DNA from: Candidatus Tayloriibacteriota bacterium
GTDB taxonomy: Bacteria; Patescibacteriota; Minisyncoccia; Phycocordibacterales; CAIZLB01
Assembly: GCA_018883165.1 (NCBI GenBank)
Contig: VEQN01000002.1
Coordinates: 12,134 to 76,133 of the forward strand
DNA: 64,000 nucleotides
Direction of reading: 5' to 3'
Below, piece after piece: positions 1-10,785 of this stretch. Positions within the stretch are counted from its first letter, which is position 1; every line of letters starts with the position of its first letter. The position numbers and the translations under genes were made by a program. The notes below the pieces were generated by a model. The model made no database searches and was not told the origin of the DNA. It saw nothing but the letters and a program-made list of their open reading frames with translations.

Positions 1-1737
1 GGAGCTGCGATGATAACACTCATACTGTTCTTCTTGTCTGTATCAGTGATTGTCTTGGTGGGCATCGCTACTCCAATTGCAAATCAGATACGAAATGGTG
101 CTGATTTTATGCAATCCAAACAAGGATATGTTGCAGCAGATGCTCTCAATGAAGAAGCATTGTATCGATTAAACAGTGGAAGAACTCTTCCTGCTCAACT
201 CGTCTTGTCCTTCTCTGGAGCGACTTCAACCGCGGCAATTACAGACGTCGGTAATGCAAAGCAGGTAATTGCTGAAGGTATCGCAGGGGCTTTCAATCGA
301 GTGTCTCGAAGTGTATTTTCACAGGATCAAGGTGTTTCAATTAACTATGGGCTACAAGTTGGAAACGGCGGAGTTACTATGAGTGGAAGTTCAAGTATCG
401 TAGGTAATGTATATTCTAATGGTAATATTACTGCTACAGGATCTTGTAGTATCACGGGTTCAGCAGTAGCTGCTGTGGCGACCACTCAAGTTGCTGATCA
501 GGAAAACTTCGCAACTGGAGCACCTGCAGTTAATACAACATTTGGTACAGCAAATGCTTCACAAGACTTTGGTCAAAGTTTCATCGTATCGACTTCTACA
601 GCCGTGGCTGAGGCATCTTTGTATATTCGAAAAGTTGGATCACCTGCAAACACTACTGTGAAGATTATGAATAATAATGCTGGTTCTCCTGGTTCTACAG
701 TACTTGCAAGTGGTACATTGAGTGCAAGTAGCGTATCCACCACATATGGTTGGGTAGATGTCGCATTTGCAACAAACCCCTCACTCACTCCGGGTACTAC
801 ATATTGGTTAGTAATTGATAATGGAGCAAATAACACCAGTTCATACTATGTAATGGGTACTACAAACACAAACTCATACACATCAGGATTGCTTCGCCTT
901 GGAAGAGTTGGAAGTACTTGGTCTACACCTAACTCGTCACATGATGCATTCTTTAAGATATTTGTCGGTGGTGTTAGTGTCATCAGCGGTGTCTCAGTTG
1001 GAGGTTCAGGAGGAGACGTACGAGCATTTACTGTAAACAATACGACTGCGTCTGGTGTCATATATTGCCAAGCGGGAACAGGAAACAATAAGAGTTGTAA
1101 CACCACACAATCAACACCTTCACCTTTGTCATTTCCTGTAAGTGATTCGAATATCCAGGCATGGAAAGATGAAGCAACGGCTCTTGGTGTACGAAATAGC
1201 TCTTTGACTCTTGGCGGATCAACTTCTACCACAACTGCTGGTATGAAAATTGTTGGAAATCTAGATATCGGGTCTAGTGCAGATCTTACATTGACTGGTC
1301 CTTTGTATGTAACGGGGGACTTAACTATAAGTGGTTCAGCGAAGCTTCGATTGGCGAGTTCATACGGGGCATCTTCTGAATTCATTGTTGTAGATGGAAA
1401 AGTGAACATAGGGGCATCAGGTGCAATCCAGGGAAGTGGAAACTCAAATAGTTATGTACTTATTGCAACCACGAGTCAGTGCGGTGGATTGACGACTTGC
1501 GCTTCAAATGTACCAGCTGTAGCAGTTTCAGGCTCTGCAGGGGCTGTGGTGCTCGTTTCACCATATGGAAGAGTGGATTTCACAGGAAGCGCAGGTGCTA
1601 AAGCGGTCATTTCATATGGCATGAGTCTTAGTGGTTCAACCTCACTTAACTACGAAAGTGGCCTCGCTGATATCGATTTTACCAGTGGACCATCAGGTTC
1701 ATGGAGCGTAGATTCATGGCGGGAAATTACACAATAG
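1..1737 (+). CDS. Pilus-associated/PilX-like Ser/Gly/Thr-rich surface protein, probably 5'-truncated by the window edge
   Basis: Frame is open from base 1 (GAA-MITLILFF); N-terminal hydrophobic helix followed by a beta-rich body; C-terminus ...SWSVDSWREI. Confidence 0.6.
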   Translation, partial: GAAMITLILFFLSVSVIVLVGIATPIANQIRNGADFMQSKQGYVAADALNEEALYRLNSGRTLPAQLVLSFSGATSTAAITDVGNAKQVIAEGIAGAFNRVSRSVFSQDQGVSINYGLQVGNGGVTMSGSSSIVGNVYSNGNITATGSCSITGSAVAAVATTQVADQENFATGAPAVNTTFGTANASQDFGQSFIVSTSTAVAEASLYIRKVGSPANTTVKIMNNNAGSPGSTVLASGTLSASSVSTTYGWVDVAFATNPSLTPGTTYWLVIDNGANNTSSYYVMGTTNTNSYTSGLLRLGRVGSTWSTPNSSHDAFFKIFVGGVSVISGVSVGGSGGDVRAFTVNNTTASGVIYCQAGTGNNKSCNTTQSTPSPLSFPVSDSNIQAWKDEATALGVRNSSLTLGGSTSTTTAGMKIVGNLDIGSSADLTLTGPLYVTGDLTISGSAKLRLASSYGASSEFIVVDGKVNIGASGAIQGSGNSNSYVLIATTSQCGGLTTCASNVPAVAVSGSAGAVVLVSPYGRVDFTGSAGAKAVISYGMSLSGSTSLNYESGLADIDFTSGPSGSWSVDSWREITQ

Positions 1738-1780
1738 GTTTCCACTCTCAATACTTGGTGAGTTTTGGTATAATCTCACC

Positions 1781-2632
1781 ATGAAAAAAGCAAAACCATT
1801 GATTGTTGGTAACTGGAAGACTAACCCAGGAAACGTTAAGGATGCGAAAAAAATATTTCTAGGAATTAAGAAAGCTGCTTCAGTATATAAGGATTTAGAT
1901 GTTGTTGTATGTCCACCGTACCCATATATTTCAATACTTTCATCTGCGATTGGTACACAAAAGAAGAATCTCTCAGTTGGATCACAGGACGTATCTCAAT
2001 TCGAAAGTGGTCTTTCAAGAACTGGTGAAGTGTCTGCTGATATGATTTCAAGTGTCGGTGCAACCTTTGCGATCGTTGGTCATTCAGAGAGAAGAGCTAT
2101 GGGTGAGAATGCAGATCTTCTTCGAACGAAAATACAGCAAGTGCTAAAGACGAACATGTCAGTGATTGTTTGTGTAGGTGAAAAAGAAAGAGATGCAGAG
2201 GGTGGATATTTTGAAATTGTTAAGGCGCAACTTAAAGAAGTGCTTGTTGGTGTAAATCGTTCAGATTTTCATAAAATCATAATTGCCTATGAACCCGTTT
2301 GGGCAATCGGACGAAAAGATAATGTTGCACTCACTGGATATGATTTACATCAGATGGTTGTGTACATCAGAAAATATCTCAAAGAAACATGGGGTGAGAC
2401 AATATCCTCAATGATGAAGATATTGTATGGAGGTTCAGTGAATTCATCAAATACAGAAGATATTATGATAAACGGTGAAGTTGACGGTCTTTTGGTTGGT
2501 AGATCAAGTTGGACAGCAGACGCGTTCAGAGATGTCTTTAGTTCTGTTACTGCATGTATGAAGACCCATAGCATCAAAGATTTAAAGAAAACACTTAAAA
2601 AGGCACAAGCACAAAAGAAGAATAAGAGATAA
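1781..2632 (+). CDS. tpiA: Triosephosphate isomerase
   Basis: Motifs VGNWK, GHSERR, AYEPVWAIG, LYGGSV; Lys-rich C-terminal tail. Confidence 0.97.
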   Translation: MKKAKPLIVGNWKTNPGNVKDAKKIFLGIKKAASVYKDLDVVVCPPYPYISILSSAIGTQKKNLSVGSQDVSQFESGLSRTGEVSADMISSVGATFAIVGHSERRAMGENADLLRTKIQQVLKTNMSVIVCVGEKERDAEGGYFEIVKAQLKEVLVGVNRSDFHKIIIAYEPVWAIGRKDNVALTGYDLHQMVVYIRKYLKETWGETISSMMKILYGGSVNSSNTEDIMINGEVDGLLVGRSSWTADAFRDVFSSVTACMKTHSIKDLKKTLKKAQAQKKNKR

Positions 2633-2634
2633 AT

Positions 2635-3792
2635 ATGACCATTACACCAATTACAGTATTACAAGAATCGGATCTAAGAGATAAAAAAGTACTTATCCGA
2701 GTTGATTTTAATGTACAAGTATATGAAGGGAGGATTCTTGATGACCTGCGTATCCGAAAGACACTTGAAACAATTGTGTATGTAAGGGGGAAGGGAGCGA
2801 AGGTGATACTGGTATCGCACAATGAAAGTAAAGACGGTACAGGTTTGCTACCAGTCTGTGAGTACATCAATGAGATGTATAAGAATGAATGTGGACAGGT
2901 CACATTCATTTCAGATTTCATGGCAGAGAGTACAAAAGAAACTATTGCATCTATGAATTCTGGTGATGTTATCTTGTTTGAAAATTTACGGGTTCTTCCT
3001 GGTGAGAAAGCAAATGATGTTGAATTTTCAAAGTATCTAGCAAGCCTTGCTGATCTGTATGTGAACGATGCTTTTGCGGTATCTCACAGAAAGCATGCAT
3101 CAGTTGTGGGTGTCCCTGCTCTATTTCCTGGCAAGAAATATGCAGGAATACAGCTTATGAAAGAAGTTGATGCACTTAAAAAAGCTTTAAAGCCAAGTCA
3201 CCCGTTTATATTCATCCTTGGTGGTGCGAAGTTTGAGACGAAACTACCTCTAATTCAGAAGTTCTCAGAGACTGCAGATATGATATTTCTTGGAGGTGCA
3301 CTCTTAAATGATGTCCTAAAAGCAAAAGGCTTTGATGTGGGCATGTCATTGGTATCTGCTGGAGAATTCGACTTGAGTGGTGTAATTTCAAATCCAAAAG
3401 TGCTCATACCTACAGATGTGGTAGTTGAGAGAGGGGGGCAAGCCGTGATTGTTCCTGTGAACGAAGTCCTCACTAATGATGCCATCATGGACGTTGGCCC
3501 ATCATTCACATCTATGCTTAAACAACATGCAGAGAGCTCACAATTTATTCTCTGGAATGGTCCTATGGGTAACTATGAAAAAGGGTACAAGGATCAAACT
3601 ATTGGTATGGCAAAAGTGGTATTTGAATCAAAAGCCCAAGCTCTTCTTGGGGGAGGAGACACGACGGCTGCAATTAAAGAGTTGGGGTATGAAGAGAAAG
3701 AGTCGGAACATGTGTTCATCTCAACGGGAGGAGGAGCAATGCTTGAGTTCCTGCAGTACGAAACACTCCCTGGAATATTAGCTTTAGAGTAA
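2635..3792 (+). CDS. pgk: Phosphoglycerate kinase
   Basis: Motifs RVDFNV, YVNDAFAVSHR, WNGPMG, STGGGA. Confidence 0.97.
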   Translation: MTITPITVLQESDLRDKKVLIRVDFNVQVYEGRILDDLRIRKTLETIVYVRGKGAKVILVSHNESKDGTGLLPVCEYINEMYKNECGQVTFISDFMAESTKETIASMNSGDVILFENLRVLPGEKANDVEFSKYLASLADLYVNDAFAVSHRKHASVVGVPALFPGKKYAGIQLMKEVDALKKALKPSHPFIFILGGAKFETKLPLIQKFSETADMIFLGGALLNDVLKAKGFDVGMSLVSAGEFDLSGVISNPKVLIPTDVVVERGGQAVIVPVNEVLTNDAIMDVGPSFTSMLKQHAESSQFILWNGPMGNYEKGYKDQTIGMAKVVFESKAQALLGGGDTTAAIKELGYEEKESEHVFISTGGGAMLEFLQYETLPGILALE

Positions 3793-3798
3793 AACTAA

Positions 3799-4233
3799 TT
3801 ACAAACTTAGAGCATCTCTGATTTTTTCAGCGATGTTTTTTGTTTCTTCCTCATCGATATATGATTTGTGTGGCCAGTGAACTAATCCATCTTCATTCTC
3901 CCGAGGGATAACATGAATATGCGCATGAAATACGAGTTGTCCCGCAGCACTTTCGTTGTTCATGATTATATTTATACCATCAGCACTCACTGCATTCTTA
4001 ATTCCAATTGCAACCTTTTGTGCTACAAGCATCATCCTGCACCACAGTTCAGCTGGTACTGAATATATATTCTCGAAATGGTCTTTGGGAATTACTAAAG
4101 TATGACCCTTATTTACTGGTCGGATATCTAGAAAGGCCAGAACACTATCATCTTCATATACTTTAACCGCAGGGATTTCTAGGTTTATAATCTTACAGAA
4201 TATACAGGTTTCGTCGTGGTTTGCATGTGTCAT
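3799..4233 (-). CDS. HIT family nucleotide hydrolase
   Basis: CIFCKI start and histidine triad HAHIHVIPR. Confidence 0.93.
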   Translation of the reverse strand: MTHANHDETCIFCKIINLEIPAVKVYEDDSVLAFLDIRPVNKGHTLVIPKDHFENIYSVPAELWCRMMLVAQKVAIGIKNAVSADGINIIMNNESAAGQLVFHAHIHVIPRENEDGLVHWPHKSYIDEEETKNIAEKIRDALSL

Positions 4234-4297
4234 ATATACATATTCTAGCTTTTTTACACAATCAGTCTATATCGCTAGTATGTGCTACACTCTGTAT

Positions 4298-5989
4298 ATG
4301 TCTCGATACTCCATTAGAAATACCGAAGGTGACACATTGCTTGATAGGCTGCTACATAGTAGAGGGATAGTTAATCCTGAAGAGAAACAAGCATTTCTTA
4401 ATCCTGAGTATGCAACTGGTGTTCACGATCCATATCTTTTGAAAGATATGGAGAGGGTTGTTAAGAGAATCAAAGATGCTGTTTCAAAAAATGAAAAGAT
4501 TTGTATATATAGTGACTTTGATGCGGATGGTATTCCAGGTGCCGTTGTTCTCCATGATTTCTTTAAGAAGATTGAGTTTAATAACTTTGAAAACTATATC
4601 CCTCATCGACACCGAGAAGGCTTTGGAATACACATTGCCGCACTAGATGAAATCGCACTAGGCGGTTCAACACTCGTCATATCGATTGATTGCGGTATTG
4701 CAGATGTTGAAGCTGCAACGCGGGCAAAAGAGCTTGGTATTGATTTAATAATTACAGACCATCATACTCCTGGAGAAGTACTTCCGGAAGCATATGCAAT
4801 CATTAATCCAAAACAACCAGGCTGTGAGTATCCTGAAAAAATGCTCTGTGGATCAGGTGTAATATACAAGGTGGTTCAAGCGTTGGTAAAAGAGTTTAAT
4901 TTAAAAGAGGGTACTGAAAAATGGTGGTTGGATATGGTGGGTATTGCAACGTTGTCTGACATGGTTCCACTTGTGGGAGAGAATAGGATTTTTGCACATT
5001 TTGGTTTAGTTGTACTGAGAAAAACTAGAAGAATTGGTCTACAGAAACTCTTCTCTGCACTGAAGATTAATCCTGCACATCTTGTAGAGGAGGATATTAC
5101 ATTCATGGTCACACCTAGAATTAATGCAGCGTCACGAATGGCAGATCCTAAAGATGCATTTATTCTTTTGTCTACTACCGACGAAGCAGAAGCGGATTTA
5201 ATGGTTAAACATCTCGAGCAGATTAACGGTGAAAGAAAGACTCAGGTTGCTCAGTTGGTAAAGCAGATACATGCACTAGTTGTTGAAAGAAACCTCAATG
5301 AAAAACCAGTCATTGTATTAGGTAATCCAAATTGGAAACCACCAGTACTTGGTCTTGTGGCTACTAACTTGGTTCGCGAATACGGTAAACCGGTGTTTTT
5401 GTGGGGTAGATCGGAGGAAGATGTTGTTAAGGGATCTTGTAGATCACCTGAAGGTATCGATATCGTGTCAGTAATGAGAAAGATATCTAATCCAGAGAAG
5501 GTATATATTAATATGGGTGGACATAGTGCATCGGGTGGTTTTTCACTCACTGAAGAAGGGGTACATATATTTGAAGAACAACTTATCGATTCATTTAATA
5601 CTATATACAACGAACAGGATTCTGAAGGTCAGGGAGAATCAATACTAGTTGATGCGTACCTGGAGTCTCATGAGGTATCTTCTGGTGTGTGGAGTGCTGT
5701 TTCTAAACTATCACCATTTGGGGAAGGAAATCCAAAACCAGTATTTGTACTAAAGTCAGTTTCAATCGAAGGGGTTAAGATGTTTGGTAAACAAAAAGAG
5801 CATATCGAAATACAGATAAAGACAGAAGGTGGTAAGATTGCTAAAGCGATTAAGTTTTTTGCAGCTGATGATACAGTTCTCATCTCAAAGATTGAGGGGA
5901 AAAACAAGGTGGACATACTGGGGCATATGGAAAAGTCTATGTTTAAAAATTACCCTGAATACAGGCTACGTATCATTGATGTGATATAG
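4298..5989 (+). CDS. recJ: ssDNA exonuclease RecJ
   Basis: Motifs DFDADG, ITDHH, PRINAASR, GGH; start moved to ATG 4298, 6 nt after TACACT. Confidence 0.95.
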   Translation: MSRYSIRNTEGDTLLDRLLHSRGIVNPEEKQAFLNPEYATGVHDPYLLKDMERVVKRIKDAVSKNEKICIYSDFDADGIPGAVVLHDFFKKIEFNNFENYIPHRHREGFGIHIAALDEIALGGSTLVISIDCGIADVEAATRAKELGIDLIITDHHTPGEVLPEAYAIINPKQPGCEYPEKMLCGSGVIYKVVQALVKEFNLKEGTEKWWLDMVGIATLSDMVPLVGENRIFAHFGLVVLRKTRRIGLQKLFSALKINPAHLVEEDITFMVTPRINAASRMADPKDAFILLSTTDEAEADLMVKHLEQINGERKTQVAQLVKQIHALVVERNLNEKPVIVLGNPNWKPPVLGLVATNLVREYGKPVFLWGRSEEDVVKGSCRSPEGIDIVSVMRKISNPEKVYINMGGHSASGGFSLTEEGVHIFEEQLIDSFNTIYNEQDSEGQGESILVDAYLESHEVSSGVWSAVSKLSPFGEGNPKPVFVLKSVSIEGVKMFGKQKEHIEIQIKTEGGKIAKAIKFFAADDTVLISKIEGKNKVDILGHMEKSMFKNYPEYRLRIIDVI

Positions 5990-5996
5990 TTTACCT

Positions 5997-6764
5997 ATGA
6001 AGTTACTACAGATAGAAGAAAAGAAGGTGGTCATATTTACCGATGGCTCATCTCGAGGAAACCCTGGCCCTGGAGGCTATGGGGTTGTTGCAATATATAT
6101 GGATGGGCATGGTGAGGTCTGTGTTGATGAGCTTGGTGGAAGAGAGGACATGACTACCAATAACCGAATGGAGCTTAAGGCAGTTATTGAAGGGCTTAAG
6201 AATTTCATCGGATACTATGCAAATCTCAAGGAATATACATTCACAATATATTTAGATTCAGCGTATGTTGAGAATGGTATAACAAAGTGGGTATCAGGAT
6301 GGAAAAAGAACGGATGGAAAACTGGCACTAAAGAAGATGTAAAAAACCAAGATCTATGGATGGAACTTGATGAACTTAAGAGCAAGATGAACATTTCATT
6401 GATTAGAGTGCCAGGACATGCTGGTATTTCGGGAAACGAACGATGTGATGTTATTGCAACAATGTATGCAGACAATCTACCTGTACGACTCTTTACAGGA
6501 AGAATCACATCATATCCACTAGATGAGAGAAACATTTTGGAGCTCGGAACTGATTCAATTTCATTACAAAAAAAGAAAAAAAGTAGTAGTTCTGTTAAGG
6601 CACATTCATATGTAAGTCTTGTGGATGGAAAAATCCATATTGATGTAGACTGGAAGACTTGTGAATCTAGAGTAAAAGGAAAAAGCGGTGCATTGTTCAA
6701 AAAATCTACAAGCCCTATCGATGAGAAAATTATTGTTGAGGAATTCTTAAAAAAGAATTCATAA
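5997..6764 (+). CDS. rnhA: Ribonuclease HI with C-terminal hybrid-binding-like domain
   Basis: Motifs FTDGSSRGNPGPGGYG, TNNRMEL, GHAGISGNERCD. Confidence 0.93.
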   Translation: MKLLQIEEKKVVIFTDGSSRGNPGPGGYGVVAIYMDGHGEVCVDELGGREDMTTNNRMELKAVIEGLKNFIGYYANLKEYTFTIYLDSAYVENGITKWVSGWKKNGWKTGTKEDVKNQDLWMELDELKSKMNISLIRVPGHAGISGNERCDVIATMYADNLPVRLFTGRITSYPLDERNILELGTDSISLQKKKKSSSSVKAHSYVSLVDGKIHIDVDWKTCESRVKGKSGALFKKSTSPIDEKIIVEEFLKKNS

Positions 6765-6784
6765 ACACTCAGTACAATTCTTGA

Positions 6785-8182
6785 GTGCATACTCATTCAA
6801 GAAAATTACTTTTCGTATTCTTGATTGCGGTGTGCATTGTCGGAGCACGGATGTATTCGGTTCCTAATACAGATGTGAACTTAAGTAAAAAAGTTGGAAG
6901 TTTACAGACGTTGTGTGGAGTGATTATAGATGAACCTAATGTTAAAGTGAGTGGTACAAAGTTTGTGTTACGTGTGAGTGATACATGTCTTGAAGAAACC
7001 AAGACTGGAAGTTTGGTAGAGGTTCACACGAGAAGTCTTGACCCGAGAATTTCATTTGGGGCATTTGTAAAAATTTCAGGCAGACTTGTACTCCCTGAAA
7101 ATATTGTAAGTGATGATGGTAGGGTGTTTGACTATGTGCACTATTTGCAGAAAGATGGAATTTTCACTCAGATTAAAAATGCAAAGATTGAGGATATTAA
7201 AAAAACCGAATCGTTCTCTTTGAAATCTGAACTGTATCAATTGAAGAGAAAGTACATGGAGAGAGTTGAAGAGATGTTACCTGTGCCACACTCACTGCTT
7301 GCAAATGGGTTAGTGATTTCAGGTAAGGGTTCGATGAGTAAGGAACTGCAAGAAGAGTTCCAGAGAGTGGGACTCATCCATATTGTCGTGCTGTCTGGAT
7401 CTAATGTTTCAATTATTGGTGAGGTGATTATAAAAATATTTTCATTCTTACCAAAACTTTTAGGTGCATTTTTTGGTGGGTTGGGTGTTGTGCTTTTCTC
7501 GATGATGGTTGGAGGAAGCGCGACAGTTGTTCGCTCTACGATAATGTCCCTGATTGGAATTTTCGCTCGACTGACAGGTAAGAAAAATAGTGCACTCATC
7601 TCGCTTCTTACCGCTGGTATGTTGATGCTCTTTCACAACCCGTTACTTCTTTTTCATGACCCATCTTTCCAACTTAGTTTTCTAGCATCACTTGGTTTAA
7701 TTCTGTATGGGTCACGAATTGATCCTGTCCTTTTGAAAAAATATATCAAGGTAAAGATGATGTTTGGTAAAAAGAAAGTTGACGAGTTGGGAGGGTTTGA
7801 GAAAGGGGTTCTTGAAATTGTTTCATCGTCTCTGAGTACCCAAGTTGGAACATTGCCATTCATTGTACAGATGTCCGGTTTAGTATCAGTAGTTGCACTT
7901 CCGGTAAATATTCTGCTACTTCCACTCATCCCCTATACCATGCTCTTCGTGTGTATTACTGGTGTTACCAGTTTCATATCTACAACTTTAGCATCAGTAC
8001 CTGCATTTGTTTCATGGATTCTACTCGATATAATTCTCGAAACGGTGCATGTATTTTCTAGATTAAATTTTTCAGTTGTTGAGTTTGGGGTTGTGAGTGA
8101 TAGGTTTGTGATTGCTATGTATATATTTCTCATCATAGAATATCTTTGGTACTTAAGAAAAAGAAAACAGGTTTCTCACTGA
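6785..8182 (+). CDS. comEC: ComEC/Rec2 membrane (Competence) part
   Basis: Motifs GLIHIVVLSGSN and FQLSFLA; many TM segments; GTG start 6 nt after TACAAT. Confidence 0.9.
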   Translation: MHTHSRKLLFVFLIAVCIVGARMYSVPNTDVNLSKKVGSLQTLCGVIIDEPNVKVSGTKFVLRVSDTCLEETKTGSLVEVHTRSLDPRISFGAFVKISGRLVLPENIVSDDGRVFDYVHYLQKDGIFTQIKNAKIEDIKKTESFSLKSELYQLKRKYMERVEEMLPVPHSLLANGLVISGKGSMSKELQEEFQRVGLIHIVVLSGSNVSIIGEVIIKIFSFLPKLLGAFFGGLGVVLFSMMVGGSATVVRSTIMSLIGIFARLTGKKNSALISLLTAGMLMLFHNPLLLFHDPSFQLSFLASLGLILYGSRIDPVLLKKYIKVKMMFGKKKVDELGGFEKGVLEIVSSSLSTQVGTLPFIVQMSGLVSVVALPVNILLLPLIPYTMLFVCITGVTSFISTTLASVPAFVSWILLDIILETVHVFSRLNFSVVEFGVVSDRFVIAMYIFLIIEYLWYLRKRKQVSH

Positions 8183-8194
8183 GAAACCTGTTTT
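8164..8194. terminator. Bidirectional intrinsic terminator
   Basis: AAAACAGGTTTCTC-ACT-GAGAAACCTGTTTT between convergent genes. Confidence 0.85.
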
Positions 8195-8229
8195 ACAAGG
8201 ATTTTAAAGTATAGATGAAATGTTTCCCA

Positions 8230-8829
8230 TTAGCGTGAAACTATGTCGCTGAAACGTTTCTCAACTACCTCCCAGTTCAAGTTTTTGAAGAATGCTTCAA
8301 TGTATTTCTTCTTCTCAGATGGAACATAGTCAAGCATGTATGAGTGTTCCCACATATCAAGGGCAAGAATTACATCAAGACCGGTGAGGTGTCCGATATG
8401 CTGCTCTTCAATCCATGTGTGTACCAATTGGTTTGTCTTTTTGTCGAAATACAATATTGCCCAACCTACACCACGTGTCATTGCGAGTGATGAAAATTTA
8501 GAGAACCAGGTTTCAAATGAACCCCACTTCGATTCAATTTTCTTTTTGAGTTCGACTAGAGATTCAGCTGGTTTTGCTCCACCTTCGAATTGTGTGAAAT
8601 ATAGCTCATGGTTTCTCATGCCATCAAACTCGAATGCAAATCTTCTTTGCATCTCAGCGATTGGGTATGCGTGTTTCTCCGGATCAAGGTTCAAAAGCTC
8701 TTGAATTTTTTCATGGATGAGATTTGCATGCTTCACGTATCCAGTGTAGAGCTTTAAGTGTTCCTCAATTGTTTTTGCGGAGATACCTTCAAGCTGACCA
8801 ATATTAAATTTCTGTTCTGTAAATTGCAT
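8230..8829 (-). CDS. Fe/Mn superoxide dismutase
   Basis: Motifs EEHLKLY, NHELYF, LDMWEHSY. Confidence 0.92.
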   Translation of the reverse strand: MQFTEQKFNIGQLEGISAKTIEEHLKLYTGYVKHANLIHEKIQELLNLDPEKHAYPIAEMQRRFAFEFDGMRNHELYFTQFEGGAKPAESLVELKKKIESKWGSFETWFSKFSSLAMTRGVGWAILYFDKKTNQLVHTWIEEQHIGHLTGLDVILALDMWEHSYMLDYVPSEKKKYIEAFFKNLNWEVVEKRFSDIVSR

Positions 8830-8842
8830 ATGTAAATTGATT

Positions 8843-9823
8843 ATGAATATATCAAAATTATATCACACGCTAACCAATCAAATTTCGGACAAAGTCCGGC
8901 ATCTTTTCCTTGCATCATTCATTGTGCTTATGATGCACATGTTCGTATATATACATGTTCAAGGTTTAGATACTGCACTCACAGAAATTACATTTCTCAA
9001 TGTTGGGCAAGGTGACTCTATATATGTCACTGCACCGAATGGAAACTCCATACTCATTGATGGGGGGCAAGACAATAATTTGGCAAGGACAGAACTCGGT
9101 AACATAAAAAGTTTTTTTGATTCGAAAATTGATGTAATACTCGGTACGCATCCCGATGCAGATCATATCGGTGGAATTTCAAAGATTATGAAAAGATACA
9201 AAACATCAATGTATCTTGATCCTGGGTTTCCATCGAATACAGATGTATACAAAAATTTAATGAGTGATATTAAATCAGAAAATATTCCGTATAGAATTCT
9301 TCGCAGAGGAATGAGAATTGTATTAGACGAAGCACATAATGTTTCCCTCAAAGTGCTCTACCCTAGTGAAGAGTATGTGCTCGAAAGATACACTGCATGC
9401 GTAGAGAAAAATAATTTGAAGAAAAGTAAGAGAAAAGAAAATTGTAAGAAATATTTTTCGGTGGATACAAATGATATGTCTGTTGTGCTTCAGTTGGAGT
9501 ACAAAGAAAACAAAGTTCTTCTAACTGGAGATGCATCTGTTTCCGTTGAGAATTTTTTGGTAACTGAATATGGAAGGGACTTAAAATCTGATGTATTGAA
9601 GCTCGGTCATCATGGATCAAAGACCTCAAGTGGTGAAGAGTTTTTGAAATCAGTGTACCCAGAGTTTGCAATTGTATCTGCAGGATTTAAAAATAGATAT
9701 GGTCATCCTCATAAAGAAGTTTTAGATAGGGTTTTGAAATTTACAAAAGCGAGAGTTCTCAGAACTGATACCTCGGGTGAACATGTAACATTGACTTTGG
9801 ATGGTACACACGTGAGCAAATAA
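8843..9823 (+). CDS. ComEC-type metallo-beta-lactamase domain protein (start uncertain)
   Basis: Motifs FLNVGQGD, THPDADHIGG, GHHGSKTSS, NRYGHP. Confidence 0.88.
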   Translation: MNISKLYHTLTNQISDKVRHLFLASFIVLMMHMFVYIHVQGLDTALTEITFLNVGQGDSIYVTAPNGNSILIDGGQDNNLARTELGNIKSFFDSKIDVILGTHPDADHIGGISKIMKRYKTSMYLDPGFPSNTDVYKNLMSDIKSENIPYRILRRGMRIVLDEAHNVSLKVLYPSEEYVLERYTACVEKNNLKKSKRKENCKKYFSVDTNDMSVVLQLEYKENKVLLTGDASVSVENFLVTEYGRDLKSDVLKLGHHGSKTSSGEEFLKSVYPEFAIVSAGFKNRYGHPHKEVLDRVLKFTKARVLRTDTSGEHVTLTLDGTHVSK

Positions 9824-9873
9824 CAAAACACCACCTTGTGGGTGGTATTTTGTTTCTACTTATAAAACTCGTA

Positions 9874-10116
9874 TTATACGAGACCTGCTTTTTTGAGAGT
9901 CTTCCAAGCACCATTCTTCTGAATAGTCTTAAGAGCTTTTGTTGAGATTGTTACTGTAACAGTCTTTTTGAGCTCAGGAACGTAAATTCGCTTCTTCTGA
10001 AGGTTAGGATACTTTCGAGTTGTACCAGTTGGGTTAAACTGAGCAGCTCGAGTTCGGTTTGAATAACCTCCAGCAGTTCGAGAACCTCTTTTTGTAATAG
10101 CGCAAACTTTTGCCAT
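9874..10116 (-). CDS. rpmB: 50S ribosomal protein L28
   Basis: MAKVCAIT...RKYPNLQKKRIYV...ISTKALKT. Confidence 0.88.
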   Translation of the reverse strand: MAKVCAITKRGSRTAGGYSNRTRAAQFNPTGTTRKYPNLQKKRIYVPELKKTVTVTISTKALKTIQKNGAWKTLKKAGLV

Positions 10117-10167
10117 ATGTGAGAGCATGCTATCATATTATTCGCATTTGGCAAATAGCGTACATAT

Positions 10168-10773
10168 ATGACAAGCGGAATATTCATGCTCGTAATCCTC
10201 ATATTCTCAGTGGTAATCCATGAAGTGGCTCATGGTCTTGCTGCTTTGTCGCAAGGTGACAAGACGGCGGAATATGAGGGTAGGTTGACGTTAAATCCAA
10301 TTAAACACATGGATTTGTATGGTTCTGTGATCGTACCTCTCATTTGCTACCTACTTCCTGGAAACCTCATGTTTGGGTGGGCTAAACCGGTACCATATAA
10401 TCCATATAACCTGAGAAATGGTAGATGGAGTGAGGTTTTTGTTGCTGTTGCCGGCCCTCTTTCTAATATACTAATCGCTTTGCTCGCATCGGTAGTTGTC
10501 CGAACCGTTGGATCTGGATTACCAGCTGCAACTGTTGCAATTCTCGCCACAATTGTGGCTATAAACCTTGTGTTGGCGGTATTTAACCTTGTTCCACTAC
10601 CACCACTTGATGGATCAAAGATATTTATGGGTATTTTCCCTGAGACATATAGTAAAGTGAGGGGGTGGTATGACCAGTATGGTCTTTTGGCTACATTTAT
10701 ATTCATATTCTTTATCTGGCAGTTCTTTACTCCTGTCATTGCATTCCTATATAGACTGTTTTTGGGTGTTTAA
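10168..10773 (+). CDS. Site-2 protease (M50 family)
   Basis: Motifs HEVAH, AGPLSN, FNLVPLPPLDG. Confidence 0.93.
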   Translation: MTSGIFMLVILIFSVVIHEVAHGLAALSQGDKTAEYEGRLTLNPIKHMDLYGSVIVPLICYLLPGNLMFGWAKPVPYNPYNLRNGRWSEVFVAVAGPLSNILIALLASVVVRTVGSGLPAATVAILATIVAINLVLAVFNLVPLPPLDGSKIFMGIFPETYSKVRGWYDQYGLLATFIFIFFIWQFFTPVIAFLYRLFLGV

Positions 10774-10785
10774 GCCTTGGTTTAC

